From Raphidiopsis brookii D9 (GTDB lineage Bacteria > Cyanobacteriota > Cyanobacteriia > Cyanobacteriales > Nostocaceae), in the NCBI GenBank assembly GCA_000175855.1, contig ACYB01000035.1, positions 180,001 through 212,000 on the forward strand: a DNA stretch of 32,000 bases, read 5' to 3'. Every line of letters begins with the position of its first letter. Position 1 is the first letter of the stretch. The translations under genes were made by a program, and so were the position numbers. Shown piece after piece: positions 17,140-25,767 of the stretch. The notes under the pieces were generated by a model. The model saw only the letters and a list, made by a program, of their open reading frames with translations. It made no database searches and was not told where the DNA came from.

Positions 17140-19386
17140 TTATTTTTCCACAAATTCTTTTAGAGCTAATGGTTGTGGTTTGATATATGGAACATAAGTG
17201 CTTTCAGAGTCAGATACCCCATTAGCTACAACGCCAATAAGATTTAATTTGCTCAACATAGATGTGGCCTGGGCTAGATGATTATGGGTCACTTTACCAA
17301 TGCTGGCAACCATAACTACACTTCGACAGGAAGAACCTGTAATTATTGCATCCACCATACCCAAAACTGAGGGCGCATCTATGAGCACTAAATCATAATT
17401 TTCTTCAAACATGGTAATTATTTCTCTCATACGTGGAGAGCTTAAAAGATGTGCTGGGTCTGCAGGTATGGGACCAGCAGTTAAAATATCAATGTAAGCT
17501 GAACCTGAGTAGGAAATTCCTATTTGATCGGGTATGTTTGCATCATTAGCTAACAGAGTTGATAAACCCTGTTCATTCGGTAGATTTAACTGCTTATGTA
17601 AATTTGGGTCTCGTAAATTGGCATCAATTAAGAGTACTCTTTTATGTAGACGCGCCGCACTCATGGCCAAACCCAAAGTTAACGATGACTTACTGGTATC
17701 TGGTAATGCCGAAGTTACCATTAAGGATTTTAAATCGGACTTACTGTGGAGCAATTCAATATTTTTATAGATCAAATCTAGGGACTCCCACCCAGGAGAA
17801 GATTGTAAAACCTGAATTGTCCAGGGAGCTAAAACATCCGGTTTACCAAAAGGCAATTTAATAACGGATTCTTTACCTTTTGCTGATGGTAATTTTGGTG
17901 TTGTTCCCAATAAGGGTAATGCTAATTGTTTTTGCAATTGGGCAGTAGTATGCACCGCATCATCCGATGAATCACGGATAAAAGCAGCAACTCCACCTAA
18001 GATAAATCCCACAATTGCACCCAGTAATAAATTTTGTGAAAGATTGGGTCCTAATTTAATGCCCATTTTTGGTTCTTCCACTACTTGCCAATTAAATCCA
18101 CCTTTAGATAATTCTTGACGCAATTGCTGTTCTGCTCTTAGTAATTGCTCCATTCTTTCTCGACTAAATTTTAGTTGGGGAATGATCCGATTGTAATAAG
18201 CCAGTAAAGAAGGAAAACGTTTTAACTGCAATTGTAATTGACTTTCCTTTTGCGCCAAAGTTTGATCGCGAGCGCTCAATGCCACAATATTAGTTTGAGT
18301 TGCCACTAGTTCACTGGTTAAGTTTAGATCAATTTCTCCCAGTTGTCCTTGTTCTAGCAAATTTTCTCCCAAATTTAAGGAATTATTATTCTCACCTAGA
18401 GTTCTAGTTACCTCTTTTTCTAAAAGTCCTTTTTGATCTTGCAGTTGTTGATTTAGTTTTTGTACATTAGGAGTATCATCGGTAAAACGCAATCGCTCTT
18501 GAGCTAAAGCTAATTCCGTCTTCTGAATTTCATTGAGTAACCCTTGATAGCGTGTAGATTGACTCAAACGAGAAGAAAATAAAGCATTTTGTGGTGAGCG
18601 ATTCAGTTGTTGTTGCAAGGATTTTTGCTTAGCTATGGCTTCTTGATATAGAGAATGAGTAGTTTGTCTTTCTTTTCGAATACTATTTAATGTCTCTTCA
18701 ATTGCTTTTGCTTCTAACTCTGGATCAATCAAATTCTGATTGCGGCGAAATCTTTGCAAATTGGCCTCTGAAGCATTTACTTCATCAGTTGCCTTATTTA
18801 GCTGTTCTCTAATAATTTGTAGACCTTTTTGTAACCGATTATCCTGCTGATTTTTATTGTACTCCAGATAAATTTCTTGAATAGCAGTCAGAACCTTTTG
18901 GGTTTTATATGGATCTTCACTGATATAATCAATTTGAAAAATCTTCGTGGCGATGTTATCCTCTGGAGTCTTAATTTGAGTTACAAGTAGGGACTCTTTG
19001 AGTCGCTTTGTATTTATATCCGGATATTCAGACTTAAGTCTAATCACTGCTTTTTCTAAAAGTGCAGAACTCGTCATTAAATTTAACTGGGTTGCTGTAT
19101 CAATAACAATGTTAGATTCAGTGAAATCCGTTCCCAATTTATCTTCTTTTTCCCTTCCTTGATAGTTAGGTTCTATCAATAACTGGAGGGTACTTTGGAA
19201 AGTTGGTTGAGTTTTTGCAGTGATAATTCCAGCGACTGCTGTGGAACTTAAAAACACTAATAGAAACCAAGGAAATCTTCTAGTAAATACAGACAACATT
19301 TGGACATAGCTTGTCTCTGGATCTGCTGAAGTATTTAGAGGTGAGTTTAAACTAGTTTGAAGCACTGTAATTATCCTTCTGTACAA
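17140..19386 (-). CDS. Polysaccharide co-polymerase / GumC-Wzc family protein (Wzz domain + coiled coil + C-terminal P-loop domain)
   Basis: - N-terminal TM helix (FPWFLLVFLSSTAVAGII).
- A long Q/L/E-rich coiled-coil periplasmic region.
- A second TM helix (LLLGAIVGFILGGVAAFI).
- A CpsD-like domain: LMVTSALPDTSKSSLTLGLA (Walker A-like), VLLIDANLRDP (Walker A') and YDLVLIDAPS (Walker B).
The track start is TTG at 19386. Alternatives are GTG at 19368 (AAGGA lies 8 nt upstream) and ATG at 19299. Confidence 0.8.
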   Translation of the reverse strand: MYRRIITVLQTSLNSPLNTSADPETSYVQMLSVFTRRFPWFLLVFLSSTAVAGIITAKTQPTFQSTLQLLIEPNYQGREKEDKLGTDFTESNIVIDTATQLNLMTSSALLEKAVIRLKSEYPDINTKRLKESLLVTQIKTPEDNIATKIFQIDYISEDPYKTQKVLTAIQEIYLEYNKNQQDNRLQKGLQIIREQLNKATDEVNASEANLQRFRRNQNLIDPELEAKAIEETLNSIRKERQTTHSLYQEAIAKQKSLQQQLNRSPQNALFSSRLSQSTRYQGLLNEIQKTELALAQERLRFTDDTPNVQKLNQQLQDQKGLLEKEVTRTLGENNNSLNLGENLLEQGQLGEIDLNLTSELVATQTNIVALSARDQTLAQKESQLQLQLKRFPSLLAYYNRIIPQLKFSRERMEQLLRAEQQLRQELSKGGFNWQVVEEPKMGIKLGPNLSQNLLLGAIVGFILGGVAAFIRDSSDDAVHTTAQLQKQLALPLLGTTPKLPSAKGKESVIKLPFGKPDVLAPWTIQVLQSSPGWESLDLIYKNIELLHSKSDLKSLMVTSALPDTSKSSLTLGLAMSAARLHKRVLLIDANLRDPNLHKQLNLPNEQGLSTLLANDANIPDQIGISYSGSAYIDILTAGPIPADPAHLLSSPRMREIITMFEENYDLVLIDAPSVLGMVDAIITGSSCRSVVMVASIGKVTHNHLAQATSMLSKLNLIGVVANGVSDSESTYVPYIKPQPLALKEFVEK

Positions 19387-19456
19387 GAGAGTATATACTA
19401 AGAATTCGGATCATTGATGAAATAAAATTTTGTGGGTGCTATACCCGTTCATTCCA

Positions 19457-20548
19457 TCAGTGATGTATATTGGAGTTTTTCATGACTATCCCCTCTATCT
19501 TTTGAAAAAATACTGATTCTGAAAAGTTGTTAACAGCGTGATTGCGAATGCTTTGATAATTCCAAGATATCTCCTTGGCCCGAAATAATCCTGTCTGTAG
19601 GGAGTCAGCTGATTGTCTGTTAAAAAACACTCCAGTTTTTCCGGGTATTTGAGTGTCTAAAACACCCCCTGCACCATAAGCAATCACTGGAGTTCCACTT
19701 GCATTCGCTTCTACCGGTACTAATCCATAATCTTCCAATGCGGCAACAATAATGGACTTAGCTCTGGAAAATAGGTCCTTACGCTTACCGTCGCTCACAT
19801 GACCTAAAAATTGAATATTATCTAGTGCTTTGGATTTTAACCTTTGTAGTTCTGGTCCGTCACCGGATATTAATAAAGGCCAACCTAACCAGTTAAAAGC
19901 CTCGACTATGATATCAAAACGTTTATAACTTATCATCCTAGCAGATGCCAAGTAGTAGTCATCTTTTATTTCAGAAAAAACGAAATTATTGGTATCAATT
20001 GGATAATTGACTACTATTGCTTCCTTGGCATATATTTGTTGTATACGTTTGGCAACAACGCTAGAATTGGCAATGTATAAATCTGGTTCCTGGGAGTATT
20101 TCAGATCCACATTTCTCATTAGAGCAAATATTTTTTCAATTACCGGAGCAAAGTAACGATAATCTCCATACTCCCGTAAATAGGTTTGTGTATCCCATAA
20201 AAATCTAGTCACATTATGACAGAAGCAAACATGTCGAGCTTCCTTTTTTTTACGAACCGCCTTGGCAAAGCTCGTACTGCTACTAATAATTAAATCATAG
20301 TCTTGTAAATCTAGGGAACGGAAAGCTGGAAAGTATAAAGGGGCTATAAGTCGAAAATATTTCTTAGCCCCAGGCATGCTTTGTAAAAAAGTAGTTTTAA
20401 CTATCCGATCGCCCAAGTCAATTGTTTTTTGGGCATCATAGACAGATGTAAAAATATCTGCTTCCGGGTAGTATTTACAAAGCAATTCAAATACTCGCTC
20501 TGCTCCACCGCGCTGGGTTAAATAGTCATGGACTAGAGCAATTTTCAT
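19457..20548 (-). CDS. Glycosyltransferase family 4 (GT-B)
   Basis: MKIALVHDYLTQRGGAERVFELL N-terminus, typical of GT4 mannosyl/glycosyl transferases. E-x7-E region: EDYGLVPVEANASGTPVIAYGAGGVLD. Confidence 0.85.
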   Translation of the reverse strand: MKIALVHDYLTQRGGAERVFELLCKYYPEADIFTSVYDAQKTIDLGDRIVKTTFLQSMPGAKKYFRLIAPLYFPAFRSLDLQDYDLIISSSTSFAKAVRKKKEARHVCFCHNVTRFLWDTQTYLREYGDYRYFAPVIEKIFALMRNVDLKYSQEPDLYIANSSVVAKRIQQIYAKEAIVVNYPIDTNNFVFSEIKDDYYLASARMISYKRFDIIVEAFNWLGWPLLISGDGPELQRLKSKALDNIQFLGHVSDGKRKDLFSRAKSIIVAALEDYGLVPVEANASGTPVIAYGAGGVLDTQIPGKTGVFFNRQSADSLQTGLFRAKEISWNYQSIRNHAVNNFSESVFFQKIEGIVMKNSNIHH

Positions 20549-20610
20549 TGTTTAAATAGGAGGGAGTGGGGAATAGGGAGTATAGGGTCTCCCTATGACT
20601 ACTGGAAACT

Positions 20611-21924
20611 CTACCTAGCGATCGCTAAAGTTTTAACAGGCGAAAAATAGGCTGTTTGTTCAGCACGCAATTTATCACAAAGTCTACCTGCAGGCAATTC
20701 CACATCGTTATAAGTGAGGACTTGATCTCGAGGAATATCTCGTATTAAACGACATCCTTGTGCTAGTCCCATGGGTAGTAAATTTTCCTGTTGCACAATG
20801 GAGGAATTCTCACATTGTCCATAGGTCATATAATAGCCAATACCATCAATTATTTCCCCTGCTTTTAAATCAATCTTAGCTGTGGCCACCACATCAACTA
20901 TAGGACCTGCTATGGGGGCTAAAACTGCATCATGTAATAATACTGCACGAGCTACAGAAATAGGAACTTCAAAATGACATAAGTGATAGGGTGTATAGAA
21001 ACTATAAAGAGGTCCCTCACCCAATTTATAGAGGTTCAAATAATGGCGTTGTTTGGGATCTTCATGAGTAGCAAAAACAAACACTCCTGGACTGGGTTTT
21101 GCACCTACCACATAGTCCACAATTCCACCCAGTTCCCTCAGCTGATCTAGATCATACATTTTAGTCATTTCATCTACATGACCTGTATATTCATATCCCA
21201 ACATACCCCGCTTTGCCACCTTCATTCCCGTACCATTGGCTACAATTGCTTGCTCAAAGGAAATTTTTGTACCGTCAGCAAAACTGGTCACCATGGCTGG
21301 ATTTTGTCCCCAACGTTGAGCAAAACCAGCTTGAGTGGTTGGATTGCGGTAGGGATCTTGTAATCCTTTAATATTTCCACATAATAGGGGAGTTAACCCA
21401 ATGCTTTTAACAAAGCGATATAAATTCATTTCTACCCCTGGTTGATCGCCATCGCAAGCTGTGAAAACTACTCCAGCTCTATCAGCATGAATTTTTAAAA
21501 TCGGTCCCACTGTCCCATCTAGTTCCGCATTCATTAATATTACATGCTTTTGATGAGCGATCGCTCTGGTTACCAAATGAGCTGCATATTCTATGGTTCC
21601 AGTGACTTCAATAATTGCATCTATACCGTCTGCTTCACATAGCAACATGGCATCTTCTGTGATTGCATATCCATTTTGGGAGATGGAATCTTCCAAATCT
21701 CTTAAATTATCCACAGTTTGGAAATTTTCAATTCCTGCTTCCAAATATGCTCGTTCTGCTGTTTGAATATGACGATTAGCAATAGCTACTAATTCCATTC
21801 CTGGAACAGAATTAATAATTTGATTAGCTATACCTCTCCCCATAAAACCAGCACCAATCATAGCAACTTTTACTGGTTTACCTAATTCAGCACGTGCTTG
21901 TAATGCTTGATCAACTATTATCAT
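20611..21924 (-). CDS. NAD(P)-binding oxidoreductase with a C-terminal SAF-like domain (homoserine-dehydrogenase-like, COG4091-type)
   Basis: Rossmann motif VKVAMIGAGFMGRGIA close to the N-terminus. I chose the ATG at 21924 (MIIVDQALQ...), which is preceded by GGGAG. The ORF track extends to a GTG at 21993, which would overlap the upstream gene. Confidence 0.7.
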   Translation of the reverse strand: MIIVDQALQARAELGKPVKVAMIGAGFMGRGIANQIINSVPGMELVAIANRHIQTAERAYLEAGIENFQTVDNLRDLEDSISQNGYAITEDAMLLCEADGIDAIIEVTGTIEYAAHLVTRAIAHQKHVILMNAELDGTVGPILKIHADRAGVVFTACDGDQPGVEMNLYRFVKSIGLTPLLCGNIKGLQDPYRNPTTQAGFAQRWGQNPAMVTSFADGTKISFEQAIVANGTGMKVAKRGMLGYEYTGHVDEMTKMYDLDQLRELGGIVDYVVGAKPSPGVFVFATHEDPKQRHYLNLYKLGEGPLYSFYTPYHLCHFEVPISVARAVLLHDAVLAPIAGPIVDVVATAKIDLKAGEIIDGIGYYMTYGQCENSSIVQQENLLPMGLAQGCRLIRDIPRDQVLTYNDVELPAGRLCDKLRAEQTAYFSPVKTLAIAR

Positions 21925-21985
21925 TTTCAACTCCCGGGAAACTCCGAATAATTCTCTATACAAACTCTCAAAAAAGGTATGGGTA

Positions 21986-22531
21986 CTAGACACCTATTAA
22001 CACAGATTTCAATAGGGGCCAACTACGATCTTTTTGAGAAATTTCAGTCACATTCAAAGGCCAAACAATGTCTAAAATGGGATCATCATAACGCAGTCCT
22101 CGTTCATAACCAGGGGTGTAAAATTCACCAACTTGGTAAACCACTTCCGCTCCATCAGTTAGAGCTTGATAGCCATGGGCAAACATTTCCGGTACATATA
22201 AAGCACAACGATTTGTTGCTGTTAGTTCGACACCAATATATGATAGGTAGGTAGGAGATTCGGGACGCATATCCACAATCACATCATAAATTGCACCTTG
22301 AGTACAGCGAATTAATTTGGTTTCTGTTGCTGGTGTAATTTGATAATGCATTCCCCGTAAGGTGCCTTTTTGATGATTAAAAGATAAATTACATTGGGCA
22401 ACTGTTGGCTTTAAACCATGTTCAGCAAATTCCTGGGCGCAGAAAGTTCTGGCAAAAAAACCGCGATGGTCTGGTTTTTCTTCCAATTCGATAATGAAAG
22501 CGCCAGCTAGACCTGTTTGGGTAAAAATCAT
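21986..22531 (-). CDS. dTDP-4-dehydrorhamnose 3,5-epimerase (RmlC/RfbC) family cupin; the nucleotide specificity here is uncertain
   Basis: DHRGFFARTF, QCNLSFNHQKGTLRGMHYQ, KLIRCTQGAIYDVIVDMRPESPTY and YVPEMFAHGYQAL match RmlC family blocks along the whole length. I chose the ATG at 22531 (MIFTQTGL...). The ORF track begins at a GTG at 22600. Confidence 0.85.
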   Translation of the reverse strand: MIFTQTGLAGAFIIELEEKPDHRGFFARTFCAQEFAEHGLKPTVAQCNLSFNHQKGTLRGMHYQITPATETKLIRCTQGAIYDVIVDMRPESPTYLSYIGVELTATNRCALYVPEMFAHGYQALTDGAEVVYQVGEFYTPGYERGLRYDDPILDIVWPLNVTEISQKDRSWPLLKSVLIGV

Positions 22532-22613
22532 ATTTTTGAAAACTCTCGGTGAATTTGGATAAGGGAAAACGAAAACTTGATGGGGATGCTCTAACCACAC
22601 ACCCTAGAAAAAT

Positions 22614-23471
22614 TTACCGGGCTTTATTTGCAATTTCAGTCTTAAATTGCCCATGGGGTTTGGTGAAGGTATGATCATGGTATTGAGTGCAAAGTTCCGG
22701 GCGTTTAGGAGTGTGAGAAGTGTAAACAAAAAATGCTGTAGAACGCTCTTGACTTCTAACTGTTCCGTGATGTAAAACATTTCTAGGATCAACAAAAATT
22801 ACCGTTCCGGCTTTTCCTGGACAAGATTTCCAGAATTTTTTAGGAATAACATTCATCATTTCTTGGTCATCAATTCCTAAAAAACCCGACTTCCACAATC
22901 TATAATCGACCCGATAATAATTACACCATTCTCCAATATTACTGGGTAAAGGTATATATTCAAAAGGTCCATGTTCTTCCCCCACATCGTGTAAATAGAC
23001 AATGATTTTAATCATCCGTCGATCTTCCGAATCCTTGTGCCACAGTAGAGTTTGTAGTTGCTGCTCATTGGGAAAATCCTTCCGCACGTGAACACCATGA
23101 AAAGCTATAGGTAACTCTATATAACTTTCAATGATATTTCTTAACCTAGATTCAATTCCCCAGGTAAAAAATTCTGGTAGATCTGTAACCGTGTAAATTT
23201 GGGGTAAGCTATATCCCGACTCCACATTTCTGGGAGCTGATATCATCCCTGCATAACCTGTAGCACTTACCCACATTTGTGTGGTTGATGGCATTCCTAA
23301 ATCTGTGAGGGAAGTAATATAAACACCTTGCTGCTTTAGGGTTTCAGCAATTAATTTATCTTTTGGGGATAATACAGGTAAATGCTTTTTATATTTAGCC
23401 ACAGATACCCGATAATTAATATCCTCAGTAAAGGCGTTGAGTTGATCTTGCCAAGTATTAATCATCATCAT
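22614..23471 (-). CDS. Putative Fe(II)/2-oxoglutarate-dependent oxygenase (PhyH-like)
   Basis: WHKDSED (H-x-D facial triad), KIIVYLHDVGEEHGPFEYIP, and a distal GTVIFVDPRNVLHHGTVRSQERSTAFFVY (His plus the 2OG-binding Arg/Ser region). The N-terminal half has no recognisable family. Confidence 0.45.
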   Translation of the reverse strand: MMMINTWQDQLNAFTEDINYRVSVAKYKKHLPVLSPKDKLIAETLKQQGVYITSLTDLGMPSTTQMWVSATGYAGMISAPRNVESGYSLPQIYTVTDLPEFFTWGIESRLRNIIESYIELPIAFHGVHVRKDFPNEQQLQTLLWHKDSEDRRMIKIIVYLHDVGEEHGPFEYIPLPSNIGEWCNYYRVDYRLWKSGFLGIDDQEMMNVIPKKFWKSCPGKAGTVIFVDPRNVLHHGTVRSQERSTAFFVYTSHTPKRPELCTQYHDHTFTKPHGQFKTEIANKAR

Positions 23472-23501
23472 TTAAACTAATAATTCAACCCAGTAATTAA
23501 C

Positions 23502-24515
23502 TCACGAATCTTTATTGCGACGAAGAGCAGAAGTTGATATTTGCTGATTACAATCAGCAATTTTCAGTTCAGGAGCAGCCATAACTTCCACTGCAGAAAC
23601 AGTAACCACAGCAAAGAAGGGAAGTATGGTTTGAATAGCAGAAATTGGCCATCTTCTTAAAGCACCGAGGAAAACTTTTAAATTAACTCCTCGCCAGTTT
23701 TGAATCATCATTCTGGCATAAAACTGTTTAGAATATCCATTTTCATGGAGCTTAGAAATCACCTCTGGTATGTGTTTATATTGCATTAATAATGCGGATT
23801 TAGGTTCTTTTTGCCAATAACTGACACCCACAATACATTCTAAAAAGTTCTCTTTGGTGACAATTACCTTTCCATGAGCTGCACAATAACCCGCAAAATA
23901 GGCTAAAGAAATCCAGTTATTAATGGCATCTGGCCAAATTTTTAGAGCCTGTTTAACCAGATCAGATCTATAAATTGAAGCTGTCAGAAATATTACTGCT
24001 CCCACACTTTTAGCAAGACAATGTTCAAAGATTGCCTTACCATTTCTTGCACCGTCTTCCACATCAATATCAAACCAACGATTGCCAGCGATAGTAGGTG
24101 GATGAACTGCTTGACCAGTAATTTTATTTCTTCCTGAAAAATTCAGAAACATTAAAGATAAGTCCTGGTGTTTTTGCAATTTATCTATCACGTAAGCAAC
24201 AGTTCTATCTTGAATGGGATCATCATCACCAATTGTCCATACATATTTAGTAGTGGCAGAATTTAGACAGTAAATTATATTCCTCATCACGCCCAAATTG
24301 CTACTTTTTCTGTGTGATTTGAAAGTTACAGAACTGAGAATATTCTGCCAGTGTTTGATAACTTGTGGTGTATTGTCACTGGAACAATTGTCAGATACTA
24401 AGATTTCACAATCTTGTTCATAACCTTTAATAGCATGAGATAACCACTCCAATTGTTGATCCAGCAAATCTGCTCGATTATAGGTGGGAATGGCAATAGT
24501 CAGTAATTTACTCAT
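23502..24515 (-). CDS. Glycosyltransferase family 2 (GT-A)
   Basis: I chose the ATG at 24515 (MSKLLTIAIPTYNRADLLDQQLEWL...). Motifs are ILVSDNCSSDNT and TIGDDDPI. The ORF track starts at a TTG at 24590. Confidence 0.8.
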   Translation of the reverse strand: MSKLLTIAIPTYNRADLLDQQLEWLSHAIKGYEQDCEILVSDNCSSDNTPQVIKHWQNILSSVTFKSHRKSSNLGVMRNIIYCLNSATTKYVWTIGDDDPIQDRTVAYVIDKLQKHQDLSLMFLNFSGRNKITGQAVHPPTIAGNRWFDIDVEDGARNGKAIFEHCLAKSVGAVIFLTASIYRSDLVKQALKIWPDAINNWISLAYFAGYCAAHGKVIVTKENFLECIVGVSYWQKEPKSALLMQYKHIPEVISKLHENGYSKQFYARMMIQNWRGVNLKVFLGALRRWPISAIQTILPFFAVVTVSAVEVMAAPELKIADCNQQISTSALRRNKDS

Positions 24516-24652
24516 GTAAAATAATTTCCCAAGTATCTTAATTAAACCAGAATTATTAGATCCCAGCAGTGATTTTGATGAGGATTTCAATAAGGTTACT
24601 GCTTGGGACTTTTTGGAAGATTAAAAAATTAATTCAAAAAACTAATTCTTAT

Positions 24653-25675
24653 CTATTCCAAAAAAAAGTTCTGATCGAGTTGTTGAGTACGAATCAAATA
24701 CTCCAGCTGCTTTAATCTGGTAAATCCTCTAAAAAGGAATGTATCCTCAGTCATGTCAACTTGCTGGAATAAATTCAATAACTGTTGGGTACCACGCTCC
24801 ACATTCCAGTCACACTTGAATCCCGGTAATATTGTGTTGATCTTCTCGAAGCATACTCGATAACTACGATTATCTGCAGCATTATTACCAAAAGTTAATT
24901 TACAGTCTGGGAAGATTTCCGCGATAATTTCTGCGATTTCTCGCACGCGGTAATTATTTTGTGTGTCTCCTACATTAAAAACTTGATTATGAACAATATC
25001 TCTAGGTGCTTCTAAGACACAGACAATGGCTTTACAAATATCCAAAGCATGAACCAAAGGTCGCCAAGGTTTACCATCACTAGTCATTTTAATTTCTTTG
25101 GTAGTCCAAGCTAGACCTGCTAAATTATTCAAAACAATATCAAATCTCATGCGAGGAGAAGCTCCAAATGCTGTTGCATTACGCATGAAGGTAGGAGAAA
25201 AATCATCATCAGCTAATAACTTAATATCCCTTTCCACCAAGGTTTTGCACTCAGCATAAGCTGTTTGAGGATTCACTGGTGATTCTTCTGTTACATCCCC
25301 ATCAGTAGCAATTCCATAAACACTGCAAGAAGACATATAAACAAACCGACGCACTCCCATGGTTTTAGCCAAATTGGCCAATCGCACGGAACCTAAATGA
25401 TTAATATCATAGGTAATATGGGGTGCCAATTGCCCTGTGGGGTCATTAGAAAGTTCTGCTTTGTGAACTATGGCATCGACTCCTGCTAAGTCTTCTAGAG
25501 TAATATTACGAATATCTTTATTGAGGGTTTTGACTGTTACTTCTGTACCGTTATATAGCCAACCAACTTTATAAAAACCCGTGTCCACTCCAATTACTTT
25601 ATGACCTTTAGCAATTAATAGGGGAGGAAGTAAAGAACCTAAATATCCTTCTGTACCAGTAACTAAGATTTTCAT
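24653..25675 (-). CDS. NAD-dependent epimerase/dehydratase (extended SDR)
   Basis: MKILVTGTEGYLGSLL (GxxGxxG), a catalytic Ser region (YMSSCSVYG) and YAECK (YxxxK). Confidence 0.85.
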   Translation of the reverse strand: MKILVTGTEGYLGSLLPPLLIAKGHKVIGVDTGFYKVGWLYNGTEVTVKTLNKDIRNITLEDLAGVDAIVHKAELSNDPTGQLAPHITYDINHLGSVRLANLAKTMGVRRFVYMSSCSVYGIATDGDVTEESPVNPQTAYAECKTLVERDIKLLADDDFSPTFMRNATAFGASPRMRFDIVLNNLAGLAWTTKEIKMTSDGKPWRPLVHALDICKAIVCVLEAPRDIVHNQVFNVGDTQNNYRVREIAEIIAEIFPDCKLTFGNNAADNRSYRVCFEKINTILPGFKCDWNVERGTQQLLNLFQQVDMTEDTFLFRGFTRLKQLEYLIRTQQLDQNFFLE

Positions 25676-25767
25676 AATTTCAATGTTTTTTGCGTGTTTT
25701 TTGCCAGCCAGTTCAATCCAGAGGTGTTTTTAAAAGCTCCTCCTTTGTACCTTAATCAGTTGATTGA

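Noticed and set aside
22604-22795. 63-aa minus-strand ORF overlapping the 3' end of the oxygenase-like gene in another frame.
   Set aside because: It is fully nested in the longer, motif-bearing ORF 22614-23471 and has no independent evidence.
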